From contig CM114271.1 of the NCBI GenBank assembly GCA_050084515.1, positions 16,244,001 through 16,308,000 on the forward strand: a stretch of DNA of 64,000 nucleotides, in the 5' to 3' direction. The notes under the pieces were generated by a model. That model was not told where the DNA came from. It did not search any database and was given only the letters and a program-made list of their open reading frames with translations. Below are positions 1-14,239 of the stretch, piece after piece. Source of the DNA: Blasia pusilla. Its lineage: Eukaryota. Both the position numbers and the translations under genes were made by a program. Position 1 is the stretch's first letter; each line of letters begins with the position of its first letter.

Positions 1-1470
1 GCCAAGGAGACTGCGCTTGAGGCTGAGCTTCATGGCCTTAAGGGGCAGCTGAAGGATGCAGAAATCAAACTTAGGGGTTTAAAGGAACTCCAGCAGAAAG
101 TGTTAATAGCTGATGAGAAGCAGCGGGAACAGGTCTTTCTCAACCCACTATTACTTACAAGCCTTTCCTTGCAGAAAACATTAGTAGCACAACTTAATTT
201 TTTTTTTTTTTGGGGGTATGTGATGATATAAACTGGATTTGACAGCACTTTTTTTCTGTTCAAGAAATTAATGGTTATCTGTTCGTTGGAGTGTGCTTTG
301 TAAGCTTTTTCTCCGGTATGGGCATGTTGATTCTTTTGACTTCTTTATGGTAACGAAATAGAATACATAATTTTTGAAGATTGGTGATGGTTGTTAAAGT
401 TCGATATTTCTTCATGTTGAGATGTTCTTCTGAGTTTGAAACACAGAGGTCTGAGTATGAATAAATGTGGAATACAATCGAGAATTAAAACGAGGTGCAC
501 GGTGTGTGGAAAATTGTCTTGTATCTTCTATGTCTTGTTGTACGGCTGCTTTGGTTGGTTAGAGATGAGAATTGGTCGTGGTAATTTTGATGAGCAGACG
601 TCCTTGAAGGTCTGACTACCTTTGATATTCCTAATGGCTGCATCCAGAGTGCCAGTGTTCTGAAGGAGCGTCAGAAATATGCAAGCACTCTAGAGGAGCT
701 CTCAAAGTTGAAGGAAGAGATGGCATCTCTGCAGAAATCTGCATCTGAACAAGGAGCTGTCATTTCTGAGTTAAAAGAACAACTGGAATCTCAGAAGAAG
801 TCTTCAATTGCACAAGAGGAGGTGGTATTAAAACTGAAAAATCAGTTGAAGGAATGTCCCAAGGAGACATCAACCAATTCTCATGAGGAAGTGATACAGC
901 TAAAAGAACAACTGGCTACTCAGGTTTGGCAGTGCAACCTTGTAAATTTCTCTAATCCAACTCCACATGGACGGTGGTGTGTACATGTGGACGAGATCTT
1001 GGGCTAGTTGCAGTAGAATATATTTGCAAGCTGACTTGGTGGTATTGTTTTCATAAGGTAGAGGTTCTCTTACCATACTGTGCTGTTTCGGTTCTGTTTC
1101 TGTGAAGTTCGTGTTAAAGTTGCATCTAAGACCTCTATGCCCGCAGAAATCTGAGCACGAAAAGCAGAAATCCGAATTCGAAAAGCAGAGAACTGAGTAC
1201 GAAAAGCTTCAAGCACAATTCAATTCCACAACTGTCGCGACAAAGGATTTCACCTCAAAAGCCCCTGCACAAGATGGGAAACTAAGGAGGAGGAGGAGCA
1301 AGAAGGGCAATATGCAGGAGGATTATACTGCACCTGAAGATGTAGTGGATGAGAAGGGTACCACTGTGAAATCAAGCTCCATCAGTAGAGGTCTTCTGAG
1401 TATGCTTGTCGCCATTTCTGTAGGATCATCCCTGTTAAGCTTCTACTTCACCAAGAGGATCTATCAATGA
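1..1470 (+). CDS. 3' part of a spliced gene for a coiled-coil protein with a C-terminal transmembrane (tail-anchor) segment; exons <1-132, 648-923, 1147-1470
   Basis: Three exons join in phase 0 via GT..AG sites (cag|gtc at 132/133, ccag|agt at 647/648, cag|gtt at 923/924, gcag|aaa at 1146/1147). The protein is E/K/Q/L-rich and heptad-like and ends ...GLLSMLVAISVGSSLLSFYFTKRIYQ*. Confidence 0.8.
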
Positions 1471-2178
1471 ACATACAGCCCAGAGGAGAAATGCCTATCT
1501 ATTGAATAGACTCATGCCAGAGTTATACCTCAAACGGTAGCGATGACATCAACGTTTAGGGTTGAGGCATTGGCATGGTGAGTTGCCATTGGGCGTAGTA
1601 TCTCTTAAACAAACGGATACCTGTTTCTTGTAGATAGCCTCCTAGTCGATTATGCATATGCACGGCGTCACCGCCCTCGGAAGTGGCTGTAACTGCACTG
1701 ATTCTTCCCCATTTTCTCTCACCAGTTTAACAACAGAAACGAGTACCTTATGATGAAAGTAGTTCATTAGCTGTTGGCTAGTCGCATTAAACAGTTCCTT
1801 ACCTTATTTTTTCCAGTAAGGACTCTGTCATGTTATTTCATGTTTCTTGTCCGCATTGGATACCAATATGACCTTTCCGCACCAGTAAAATTGAGATTAT
1901 TTATCATCCGAGTCATATTGGAACTTTGAAGCGCCTTTTTTGAAGACCCTCAGACCAAACCCTTAAGAAGTGTACGGGCATTTTCTGACTCTTACGGCAG
2001 ATTTCATTCCCGCTGTTCGTGCATCAGAAGCTACCAATTTCCTCCCCATGGAAATTGCACCAACCGCCTTGGGGACCTTCACACCGGGGGCGGATTCGTT
2101 TGTGTCCCGGTGCCCTCTTCACCATTCAGCCTTGGGGAGGCTTCTGGCTCACCGTAAACCTCGAATTGTACCCGACAG

Positions 2179-2407
2179 TGTGGAGATTCGTCCAAGACCT
2201 TAGGCCTGTCAAAAATAATTTGCGAAGGTGGGAACGAGGGAGTAAGTGCGTCTCTCGAAAATCCACTCCATATGGATGCCAATTCGCAAAAGACGATGTG
2301 GAGATTGGTCCCAAGACCTCAGGCCTTTCAAAAATAATTCGCGAAGGTGGAAACGAGGGAGCAAGTGCGTCTCCCGAAAATCCACTATTCGGATGCAAGT
2401 TTGCAAT
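2179..2407. repeat. Two diverged tandem copies of a ~118-bp unit
   Basis: tgtggagatt..ccaagacct..aggcct..caaaaataatt.gcgaaggtgg.aacgaggga..aagtgcgtctc.cgaaaatccact starts at 2179 and again at 2297. Confidence 0.85.
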
Positions 2408-2486
2408 AGAAATACGACGCCTGAATAAGAGCGTATGGAAACGCCCATTGAAAGTTCGGGAAGGTGCGTTCATGGAGTGGACTACC

Positions 2487-2650
2487 CATGAGAAAAGAAA
2501 TCCCATAACTTCTAATTTATACTATTTCCGGAGGAGTGATTTTCAAATGGGGACAGCATAGAGAACCCATTTGAAAAAGACATGAGAAAAGAAATCTCAT
2601 AACTTCTAATTTATATGGGGACATCATAGAGAACCCATTTGAAAAAGACA
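2487..2650. repeat. Tandem duplication, second copy with an internal deletion
   Basis: catgagaaaagaaatc.cataacttctaatttat...atggggaca.catagagaacccatttgaaaaagac occurs at 2487 and 2581. Confidence 0.85.
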
Positions 2651-5600
2651 CCATCACGTGTCATTTGAACCCAGAATTTACGATGCGTTGCATGGGCATT
2701 CAGGTAGTATAACGGTGTGTTTAGGGTAACGGGATGGCGGAGTGGAACATGCATTGCACGGTCCTCTTATGGGTTCTAACTAGTTTGAACTACGGAAGGA
2801 ATGATGGAGTGAACCAACAAGAGTTCAAGAAGCCCAGGGGCTCATGGAGTGGAGTTCCCTTGAAAAGAAATCCCATAAAATCTAACTTGAACATCATAAG
2901 GAATGATTTATAGACATCTAACAACTTTTGGCAACAACCTCTCCCATTATGTAGAGCAATGGAAACCTCTTGTCTCCAATAGTTAAAACAACTCGTTCCT
3001 TGGGTGGAGTAGATGCACACATTTATTAAACCCATGGCTCCATATATTCCAATGGCTAAAGGAACAAATAATGTCCTTCATGAAGGCCATATCTTGGAGC
3101 TTCTACCACCCTAAACTTCTCAAGCAATAGGATCATTCAAAGTCGAATTAAGGGGTCCCAACCGTTCGGGGATCCGCTTGAATACTTGATAATACATTTA
3201 CAATAATGATGTGCATCGCAATTACATCCACTAGTGATTTCATGGGATTCACATATGACGTCCATTCATAGCTCCTCCATGTGAACTACTGCGCATAGTA
3301 CGATTTCGATTTCTACAAGAATTTGCCCGACGCTTAGATGTACATTTTCCCCGCCTTTAACATCGGGTCGTTTCCTCCGAACCGACATGAGTAGTTACGG
3401 CCCTTACAAGTTCTTCCGTTTTTTGTTTCTCCCCATCTAATCTATCCACGTGTCCTACATGATGAGTATTTTCTCCCCATTCCTAGCAAAGGTCCGCACA
3501 CTAGTTTCCACTATCTACCCAACGAACCTAAACCCTAAGCTGTGTTCATTTATCAACAAAGTTGTCTATCTAATAATGATAGCACAATACTTTCGGGGGG
3601 AGGGAGTTCAAATTTTGTAGGCAAGTTTCATTCCACAATCCGAAACGCTAAAACCGGACAGCCTCTGCCGATGGCGGTTCCGTCCGACCCATAGGAGGAT
3701 CGAAAGGAGGCAGAGCGTATTCACGACCGGAGTTGACAGCATTTCCATCCATCCATCTGCGCGTCGGCGTCGGTCCTCGACGCGACGATCCAGTCAGCCT
3801 CCGGACCCGCGACACTTGTGCTCATGCGATGGGTCTGGCTGAAGCTGACTCGCCACTCGCCATGCAAAGCCGTCCGCTCGCGACCGGACGCCGGGACGGC
3901 CGAGATGGGCCGGGTCGTTCATACCCACTGCCGACCGCTCATACGCTGACACGACGACTAGGCCACTGTCTGGATTGCTCTGCTTCTCATGCGAATTCGC
4001 CGCTGAGTCATCAAATGGCATACACGCGCACAGGTGTCAAGCTCTAAATGTGTTTCGGTCCCCTAATGGTCCGCTTTTCTCCGCGGGGAGCTGTTAAGAG
4101 TTCTGCGTTGCAAGTTTATTTGTTCCCACCCTTTGGTGAGTTGAGAGAGGTAGGGAGTGGCCCCTTTTTTTTTCTTTGTGGTTTTCATGTACTCTTTGTT
4201 CCTTTTTTCTTATTTTGTACTCCTATGCTCGGTAAGAACTATGATTTCGGGAAAGAACCGGTGTGCCGAAAAATCCTGGGCGAGCATTGTACTCGATTTT
4301 TAGTTCCCTCGGATGAGTTTTCGATTTTTATTGAGTGCCCTTTCGGTCTTTTGAAAGGGGTGGGAACAAATAATGTAGGGCCACATGACATTGTGTTCCC
4401 ACCCGTCCTATACACATGACGTATCCGTGACTGGATCGTCATCCCTCATTGGTCTGGTGACGAGATCACCGACGGCCAAAAGGAGCTGACCCCTTCAAAC
4501 GAATCGATTTCAAACGGGATCGGCAAACGGGATCGCTTTCAAACGGGATCGGGTTTCAAACCCGATTGATTCGATGCTGCTGCTGATACTGACGTAAGAT
4601 TTTTTAGTGTTCTCACTTGCTCCTCGATCCGGAATTTCATGAAAGCTTCCCTAATTTCTAGCCAGATCCGTCCACGGCGTATAGTGATTTAGAAAGCAAT
4701 GTCGATGTCAATTAACTTCTTGTAGAAGACTTCAATTAGAAGTAGTCGGGAAGGGGGGCAGACGTTCAAGCTCCCACGATGCTCACCATCATCCATATCT
4801 AATGCAAATGCATGCACCAGATTTGACTTTGAAACGACGGTGAAGAGCTTTGAGACTGCATTTTGCAATTTTGATGTGCACAGATGTGAGCACGAATTGC
4901 GTTAATAGCATTCGCCAAACAGATTTTCTCCCAAGTGCATGCTCTTCCCCAACACTGAAAGAAGTAAACTGGGATGGGGCTTAGGTGGTTGAGAGAAACA
5001 CACAAAATAAGAACAAGGCTTGGATTTCCATGCAGTACATGTTCCTTCCCCTTCCTAGCTCCTTCAAATCTTGTGCAAAAACCAGAGTATTTCGAGAACC
5101 CAGAGAGAGAGATTAGTATTTGTCAAGACACTTCCTGCAAAGTGCGCACTGAAAATAATCTAGAAAAGACAAATCTCTCCGGATCCTCAGAGCCCACAAG
5201 TTGCTATTGTGATATCCCTCGCAGTTTTGCTTCCATCAAGACCTTCCCCTCTCTCTCAAAAAATCTACGAAAGGCACTACAATACTCTCTTCCTCTCAAG
5301 AGAGATCTATGGCCAACAACAATACAACGTGAATGCATGCTCAGTATCTCTCTGGTAGCTTCTCGTCGTTCCGCCTTCGCAACGACAGATGTGAAGCTGC
5401 GGCTGATTACGTCAACAGACAGGAGAGTAGAGTACGCACCTGCAGATTCTTCTCGCCATTTTTTGCTCTATCTAGCTTGCTCTCTCTAAATTCTCCACTT
5501 GTTGGATGTTTCCATTCGTGGATTGCGTGCATTTCGCGACCTGAGATTCGCGGCTCCATTCTAAGAATGAAGGCATCAACATGAGCAGCTCCACAATCAG

Positions 5601-8233
5601 GTTCTCAATGACCATCCGTTGATACCAACAAGACGTTACGGTGTTTTGCAAGATACTCTCACTGTTGCTCTGGGAGACATTGATATCAGCGCAAGAAGTC
5701 GATGATTTGTATGAAACCTAGTTACACAGCTTTGTCAGCCAACCCGGGGTGGCAACTAATAGTCGACCTGTCCCTCCTACATAACGAATGCCTAACCTAA
5801 ATGATGCCCTCACGCTTGCACATGCTCGCAAACGGTCCCATCATCCTGCATGTATGTAGCGAGGACTCTAGTGAACCCTTTCTAAACCTCGGTATCAAAA
5901 AATTGTGATTGTGGACAGGATACGATTGTATGCAAGAGCGACAGGAATGCACCAGAATAGAACCAGTTAACCAAGAGGCTGCTGCGACCAAAATTACCCA
6001 CATGCGCAAAATCCTTCTTCTCGCAGAGATTTCAAACCACGCCCTCCTCATCTCCTCCGCTAGTAGTGGTAGCTGCTCCACTCGCTCCACCATTGGAATA
6101 GTAGTTAACTCCCATCTCCACTCCCTTCTTTAAAGTAGAGAGTACATTTATCTGCAATGAGGTTTGACGGGTAACAAGCAGGTAGATTACGACGAACAGG
6201 TGTTACCCCTCCCTCCCACACAAACTCAAATCACAAATCAAAACAAATAAGATTGATCAATCAACCAATCACACCACGGCACAAGCGAAAATAGGTCCCC
6301 TTTTTAGGTCCCTTACGGTCAGAAAATAATGAAGTGAAAACAGGTCCCCTACCTTTATTTTTAGGGTCTCTTACGCGGAATATTTTTAATCCAAGCTTCG
6401 CTTCTCATGGACAAAACTTTTTTTTTCCTTTCCACACATAGTAACCCCATGTTTCAAAAAATAGTTTAGATATTCCCTACACATGTTTAGGGCACCTGGA
6501 TAAATTAGATGAAGGGAAAAAAATACGAAGAATTTGTGAGGGTCGTAATTAAGAAACAGTTTTGACACAAGAGTTTCTAAATTCTAATGGAAGGATGTAT
6601 GTGCCATGCACAAGCACAAGGGGTAGTGACAAGAGTATTTGGTTAGTTGTCTTAGCCCAAAACTTTTGGTGACAGGAATTATCCGGACGTCGCCATGACG
6701 CAATTAGATGGAAAATAGAATTATATGGTGGCTTATGTTGTCCGATGGTAAGAGATGGTCTATGACCGGAGCTCTAAGGCGGCCTTGATAATTCTTTAAC
6801 TGCCTTAAAATTTTAAATTTAAACCTAGATTCATGTGTGGATAAGTATCAAGTTTGTGTTGGTAAAAAATGATAGCCATTTATTTTTAGGGTGTCTCTAA
6901 CAAGTGGGCTCCATCGACTCCATGGCCTCTCAAAAACTTGCACACCTAGTAGCACATGATGAAGATCATAGCACTCGGTCGTTTGCTTTAAACTTACTTG
7001 GATCGTCTCTTCTCAAATCCCCCTCGCATCACAAAATGTTCCACCAACCTAGTCCCACCAATGTCAACCTCTAAGACGAAAGGCGTCAAAAAAAAAAAAA
7101 CAATAAAGTAGCACAATAATAACAATGAAATCCCTAAGAATATTCCTACCACGAATTCTTGCGTGCTCTTAAGAGACTTCTTTCTCTTCACCCGTTTTAA
7201 ACCTAACACAAGTCACAAGTCAATGCGGACACTTTCGTCAATGATCGACTATAGGCCAAGACGAGACTCCCACCATAAAAAAATATAATGAAATAAAGTC
7301 GTCACCAATAGCTCAAGCTCTTCTCCATGTGACTTTGGCATGACATCCTCTTTGATGAGGGAAAATCAGATCTCTAAACTTTTACCCCACAAAAGTGGCA
7401 TATACGAGTTTCATGCCACCTTCTCCTTTCTGCACCTCCTGAGTAACTCGAAGTAAGCTAATCGAGGTTAATTTGATCAGCCTTTCTTTTTCCAATTCGA
7501 ATATACAGTTTGACCTTTGAAAAGGATGGAAATGAGATATTTTAAGCTCAATTCCACTCGAGTCCAATTCTGGAGAGATTAGTAGAGATGTTTATATTTT
7601 CGCCAAATCACCGATCGCATGCTCGTTTCCGATCTGCCTTTGGCATTCAGTCAATGACACTCGTTTACCATCTCCTTTTGACACCGATTAGATGAGATTG
7701 TCATCTACGAGGGAAAAGCACCTCAATGTCACCTCAAGAAAATCTCAAATCGAATCAGCCGAGCGAAAACGCTCTGCAAATGACGCCGTGAAATTGGGGC
7801 GTCCGTGCTCAACAGGAGCTCCCGATGACTTTTCTGCTCGAGGTGCCAAGAAGTGATCGACGGAGTCGGTTATGTAGACAGATACAGACTTGATGAAGGT
7901 CGTGGTGAGAGCTGCAGTGAAAGTGCAGGATAGCGTGAAAAAAAGACGCATCAGCATGGCATCGCACCGCAGTGGTCGCATCGCTTTACATTTAAGGTTT
8001 TTGTTGCGATCATAACGGAGACTGGCTCCGAGTCGCGATGTTAAACAGCGCTGGCCGAAGCAGGAGATGTCGGCCATGTCCGCTGGGGCAGGAGCCACCA
8101 GGATCATGAGCCTCGCGTGTGACATCGAGAGCGAGATTCTCTCGGAATCCGGAGGAACGTCCTCATTTCCCGGAGTTTGCAGCGGCAGCCGCTCAAGTGG
8201 TTGATTGTTTCTCCGGTGCTGAAACGCTGTTCG

Positions 8234-8350
8234 TCAGCCTCAGCTTCCGGTGCGCAATCGCTGCGCATCATCCTCTGCTTTCGGTGCGGAATCGCTGCGA
8301 ATCAGCCTCTGCTTTCGGTGCGTAACCGCTGCGAATCAGCCTCTGCTTCT
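8234..8350. repeat. 34-bp minisatellite, ~3.3 copies
   Basis: The unit gctttcggtgcg.aatcgctgcgaatcagcctct starts at 8243, 8277 and 8311. Confidence 0.9.
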
Positions 8351-8839
8351 GCTCACCACTCTTCTCATACCTACAAGCGATTTCGTGGAGCTGTTGGTGG
8401 TGTTCACCCGCCCGAGGTCGATTGCTGAGTTCTCGAATCAAGAGAAGCGCGAGCATCAATCTCTCAATTGATGAGTAGTCTTATCGGCATTCCTAAATGA
8501 TGAGCAGTTGAAGTTGAGCATCTCCTCTCTTTTGTTGTTGTTGATATTGTTTATGCTGTTGGTGAGTCTCTTTTGTTGTTGATATTGTTTATGCTGTTAG
8601 TGAGTTTCGTTGTTAATGGGAACCTTCTTCCTTTTCTGGTCTTGTTGTGGCCTTCAGGTTTTCACTCTTTGAGTCCCCTTTTTTCTATTTCCCATGGGTT
8701 TTCCATCACTCGTTTTTATCCAAGTGAAGTTATTATTAGAAGAAAAGGGGTTTTAGGGTTTATTTTATTTGAATTGAAAAAAAACTAAAAATTGGGGTCG
8801 ATTGAGGTTGAGATATGGAAGAGGTGGATTAATTTATTT

Positions 8840-9138
8840 TCTAATATATACTATTATTTGCAACTCCACATGCATAACAAGATGATAGAATAAGACAAAA
8901 TAGGGATATAGTTCAATTTTCCCTTCCATTCATAATATGCGGAGAATAAGTTCGAATGTTGCTAGGCGGAAAATATATGCACACCCATGTGAAGTTATGT
9001 TTCTTTGGTGGGGGAGGGATTGCTTTCTTGGATTTTATTTTCGAAGAGGGGCTTACATGTGTTCGGGTCTTAAATAAGTAGTGGGGTTATATATGCACGA
9101 AAAAATATTTTTGTGTGCAGCACGGGCATGCTAACTAG
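8840..9138 (+). mobile_element. Short non-autonomous Helitron-like element
   Basis: The 5' end reads TCtaatatatactatta. The 3' end has a GC hairpin-like gtgtgcagcacgggc followed by CTAG|T at 9135-9139. There is no TSD. Confidence 0.55.
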
Positions 9139-9147
9139 TTTATATTA

Positions 9148-9390
9148 CTAGTTAGTACATGTGAGGGATGCAAGGTCCTCTTCATATATGATTGGAATTT
9201 GAAAATGAAATTGCCACGCGTCATATTCTGAAGGTGTCGCCATTATATGATCGCTCCTCAAATTAAAGGTTAGTGTTGTGAGGGATGCAATGTCCTCTTC
9301 ATATATGATCGGGATTTGAAAAAAAATTGCCACAGGTCATACTCTGAAGGTGTCGCCATTACATAATCGCTCCTCAAATTATAGTATAGA
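9148..9390 (-). mobile_element. Helitron-like element (minus strand) with two ~117-bp internal tandem copies
   Basis: The reverse strand begins TCtatactataat at 9390 and ends CTAG at 9148-9151. The internal unit tgtgagggatgca..gtcctcttcatatatga...cgctcctcaaatta occurs twice. Confidence 0.5.
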
Positions 9391-12027
9391 TTAAAAGAAG
9401 ATGGGATTAGAGAATCCCTATTGACACTTGTGTCTTGTGAGGATTGGATTAAATTTATTTTTTGCTATTGTGAAGCATGTTCTATGCATGGGATTAATAA
9501 TTCAGAATAAAGATTGAAAATAAAATTTCTTGTTGCCCATGTTCTTAAAAAAATTTTGTTTGCTCATGTAAAGTATAAAGGTGTATGCGATGCAATCGAT
9601 TATCTTCCCTTGATAATATACAAGATTTGAAGAGTTTTAGGCTTTCAAAGCTAGAGCATTTAAGCACTTTTTTGCATAACTAAAGTCTTAAAGAGCCAAT
9701 GAGACCAAAGTTTAGGGTTAAGATTCTAAGAAAAGAGGGCCTTCTAATTTTCCAATATATGGTAAGAAATCTAGATGCTCATATCCGTTAATTTTTCAGA
9801 AAAGTGAACTTATTAACTAAATCCCATCAATTGAAGGGAATGAAGTAAAACCTACTAGCAGTGAATGCTTCTTCAATGCTAGTACCTTCAATGAAATCAA
9901 TCCCTTGTCTAGAGCTAATCTTCTTATCATATGGCTCTATTAACCTATTACTCAATGGGGATTGTCCCATTTTCTTTAGATTTGTTTCCTATGCGGTCTT
10001 TATTTTGTTTTTCTTGTGGGATTTTCCCCATTTATCTTTGTCTAATAAAAAGTATATTTAATGCACTCGATGTGAAAGTATGCCCTATTGTCTCTCATAG
10101 TTTCTTGAGAGCCTACTAGTAAAAATACCCTTGCAATGCATTGATATCCATGATATTTTTAGCATGATAAATAATGATCCATTTTTAGAATAATCTACAA
10201 ATTCTATTGTAGAAAGGTATTCTTAACTCTATAAAAAAAGAAATACCTCATCGCTTCCTTTATGAGGCTTGTAGTGCATATACATATTCTTGCATTATAT
10301 TTAGTACTGTCACACATGCATACATACAGTAACATCCGCATCACAACACATTTTAAGAGGCCATACAAAAATTAGTTGAGAAACACGTGACCCTCTCAAT
10401 TGTTGAAAAGTTGAGCCAAGCCCATCCATCTAAGGGAATCCAGGTCTAATGCATTGCCAAAAAAGTTATCCTAACATGTGCTTGGATGACTACGATGTTA
10501 AGAGATGAGCCTCTCCTTGGGGTATACCCTCTCCAATTCCCATGGCTCCAAGAAGAGGACATGTATATATATGTTAGCCCAAACTTTGTAGCTAGTTCTT
10601 GACTAATTAAGAAGTTCAAATTGAAGAAATTTCTGAGAAAGTCCTTAGAAATGTTACGTATGCATAAGTTACCAAAGGGAGATTGACATGTTATTCCTTG
10701 ATAGTTCACTCCTAACCACACATATAACCCCACTACCAAGCCATACTATCTAGTCTCTCACTCGACTACGACTAATGTGATAAGCTTCACTTATTTTCTA
10801 ACATTATTTCTACAAGAAATAAACTCTCTTCTTTGAATTTTAAAATAAATGAAACCACTGAGAGTTCCATTCATACACCACCAAATGTAAGGTAGTGATT
10901 CACCTTATTTTCTTTCCATAGGACGTAATATAACATCTCATATTTCCCTTTTGAAGTGTTATTCATTTCTTATAGAAGAAACCTTCGAATTTGTCATACA
11001 ATCGTACATTGCAATTAACATTATAGATGGTTCTTGGATGAATTTGTAAAGTAGAGAATGAATGTTGTAATCAATATGATATAACAATATTTTCACACAT
11101 AATATTTCCATAGGATTTAAAATTTTATGTAATTTTTAATAATTCATACTATTAAAGATAGAATAATTTGCATGGGATACCTTAGAAATTCCTTGTCCCA
11201 TATCATGAAGATTCTCTCTTTCTAAAAACTTCTATACAATAACAAGTGGAAGGGGGCTCAAGAGTTGAGATCTGTGTTTTAGGAGAGGATCCAGGGGGGA
11301 TTTGGTGCTATAGTTAATCATTTTCAATCTTTATCTCGAATTCTATTGTTAATATTTATTTTCTTTAATTTTAATGGTAAAAATGTTGTGTTGTGGCGTT
11401 TGGCACTACAAATGCTATGTGTTGCATCCAAGGCAAGCATGATAATTCAATGAAGGATATTCATTGCAAGAGAAAGACATGCGAGGGTATCTTTTTTGAC
11501 CAAGATTTTATGTACCCTTTTATAATTGATACAAAGCCTAAATGCTTATTTTATGCATATTTTGAAGCTAATAACTTCTTATGCTCATGACTACGATTGA
11601 TTAGTAATGTATTTTTTCCCTTGTCGTGAGACACTTGATGGAATCTAATATAATATCAAGAAATCATCATACAAAGGATAAAAAAGGATCAAATAATAAT
11701 ACAATTTCCAAAATTATAATTTATTCATCAAATTAGAGAACATTGATGCTTGCAAATTAGAAATGAGCTATGAGGGGGAAGCTTAAATTGAATACAAGGG
11801 TTGGAAATGCCTCATCCAAATAAGGAAGAGGATGGAAAGTAGTGGATAGTGGTAGATTTCCATGGAGAGAAACCAACACTCTACCATATGATCCATTATA
11901 TGTGGGTAAGAGATGACATAAGGATGGCAATATGCACATCTTTACTTTTCATGTAGAGATCTCTTCCAATCATGAGGTGTAGACATATAATATTGAATGC
12001 ATATCAATTATTCATAAAATCCTTCAT

Positions 12028-13900
12028 TTATATAATTAGAAGAGGATGGGGTTAAAGGAAACCCTCTTTAGGTGTTGACACATGTCACTTTAAGAGAGGG
12101 AGTTCAAGCAATAGGAGATAATTAAATTAAACGAGGAAGGTAAAGGAAGACGATAGGTTTTTTTTAAAATCTGAAGATCACTCGTGCATAGCACGGACAA
12201 CACTCTGATAGTATATATATTTTGTACTAATGTTTTCATAAATTCCAAGTTTTGGTGCCATCCTTTTATTAGGTTTTTTTTAACTAATAGGGATAGTCAA
12301 TTCATTCCCTAATCCCTTATGGTAGATCTCGGAAGGCTGAATTATGATGATCTTTTGTCTACAAAAACGGTAGTTTGCCCAAAAGTTGGAATATATGAAA
12401 ACATTAGTGCAAAATCTATATTATTATTGGAGAGTGTCTTCTTGATTTGCAAACACATGTCTGCTTGACATGTGGCAACTGGGTAGCAAGATTTTTTTTT
12501 GAATTTGTGTGCAATTTAATTAATCGCTTCACTTTCGTGCATGACACGGGATACAAACTAGTATATACTATTAGAGTGATCTTCAAGTTTTAAAAAATCT
12601 TTGGTCTTCGTTTTCCTTCCTCATTTAATTTAATTGTCTACTCTTAATTGAACTTCCTCTCTTAAAAGTGACATGTGTTAACGCCAGAAGAACCCTTAGA
12701 GAACATGTGTCAGTATATGAGGAGTGTTTCCTCTAATCCTATCCTCTTTTAATTATATAAATTATCACAGATAATTAAAATAATAAAAAATTTGATAACT
12801 TTTCATTTATGTCCTACCAAGCTTTGATATTTTTCATTCATTCAAATTTCAAACATCCTTAGACGCTTTGGCGTCTCAATTTTCATTTTTTTTCATCCCG
12901 TTTCAACTTTGTCGAATCAAATTTAAAACATCTTTATGTATTTCAATAAACTAGTAAGATATTCGTGCACAGGAAATGAAAAAATGTCTGAAGAGCTAGT
13001 GTAAGCCGGTGAAGGGAAAATATTAATGATGTTGCACATAAATTCAAATTTTCTCTTACTGTCTGATGTTTGCGGATCAAGAATGCCTTCTTGATACGCA
13101 AACATCTCTTTGCTTGACATGTGGCAAGTGGGCAGCAAGAAAATGTTTCACATGCTACGGGCAACAAGAAAAAATTGAATATATGTGCAACTTCATTAAT
13201 CTCTTCCCTTCACGGGATATATTCTAGCTCTACAAACATTTTTTTTATTTTGCGTGCATCGCATATGCACCTTATCTATGTTATTATGGGAGAGTGCCTT
13301 CTTCATTTGCAAACACCTCTCTGCTTGACGCGTGGCAACTGGGCAACAAAAAAAGGTTTCATATACTACAGGCAACGAAAAAGAAAAGAATTTATGTGCA
13401 ACATCATTAATCTCTTCCTTTCACGGCCTATATACTAGCTCTTCAAACATTTTTTTAATTCACGTGCATCGTACGGACATCTCATCTATATTATTATGGG
13501 AGAGTCCTTTTTGATTTGCAAATATCTATCTGCTTGACACGAGGCAATTGGATAACAAGAATTTTTTTGAATTTATGTGTAACATCATTAATCTCTTCCT
13601 TTATAAGTTATACACAAATTCTTCAAACATTTTTTAATTTCGTATGTATGCACAGACACCTTATCTATATTACTACGGGAGAGTGCCTTCTTGATTTGCA
13701 AACACCTCCCTCCGTGACACGTGATAACACGCAACAAGAAAATATTTCACATCTAAGGAAAAAAATTGAATATATATGCACATTATTAATCTCTTCCCTT
13801 CACAACCTATACACTAACTCTTCAATCATTATTTTATATTTGCGTGCATAGCATGAGGACATTGTCTATATTATCAAACAACAATTTGGCTGCAAGAAAA
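12028..13900. repeat. Array of Helitron-end-derived units (~180-210 bp) plus an inverted pair
   Basis: The module cgtgcat.gcac(gg)...atctatattattatgggagagtgccttcttgatttgcaaacac...gaatttatgtgcaacatcattaatctcttcc recurs at ~12420, 13275, 13485 and 13665, with a reverse copy at ~12950-13070. 12028-12220 is an imperfect inverted repeat of 12560-12765. Confidence 0.65.
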
Positions 13901-14084
13901 TATTTATGATAATTTATGAAAGATAATTCAACTTACATTTCATTATTTACGGCCCATTCCGGACAGCCCCGGAAGAAGCATGCAAAGAAGGCAACAGAAA
14001 GAAGTGTTCGAAAATCCAAAGATGTCGTAAATTTGTCCATTGCCTTCTCGTGCTGCGAATGAGAAGTTGGAAGCGCAAAAGAGA

Positions 14085-14239
14085 CAGGTTTTCGTTTGAA
14101 AGTAATGGAATCCGCGAGCACACAGGTTGGCGTTTGAAAGTAATGGAATCCGCGAGCAGACAGGTTGGCGTTTGAAAGTAATGGAATCCGCGAGCAGACA
14201 GGTTTGCGTTTGAAAGTAAGGGAATCCGCGAGCGGACAC
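14085..14239. repeat. 38-bp minisatellite, 4 copies
   Basis: caggttggcgtttgaaagtaatggaatccgcgagcaga starts at 14085, 14123, 14161 and 14199, with no spacers. Confidence 0.95.

Noticed and set aside
10446-10739. Retroviral protease-like fragment (NFLISQELATKFGL)
   Set aside because: The catalytic motif is absent and the sequence is too decayed to support a feature.
14085-14239. 38-bp repeats resembling a CRISPR array
   Set aside because: The units are directly adjacent with no unique spacers, no cas genes are present and the context is eukaryotic; it is a minisatellite.
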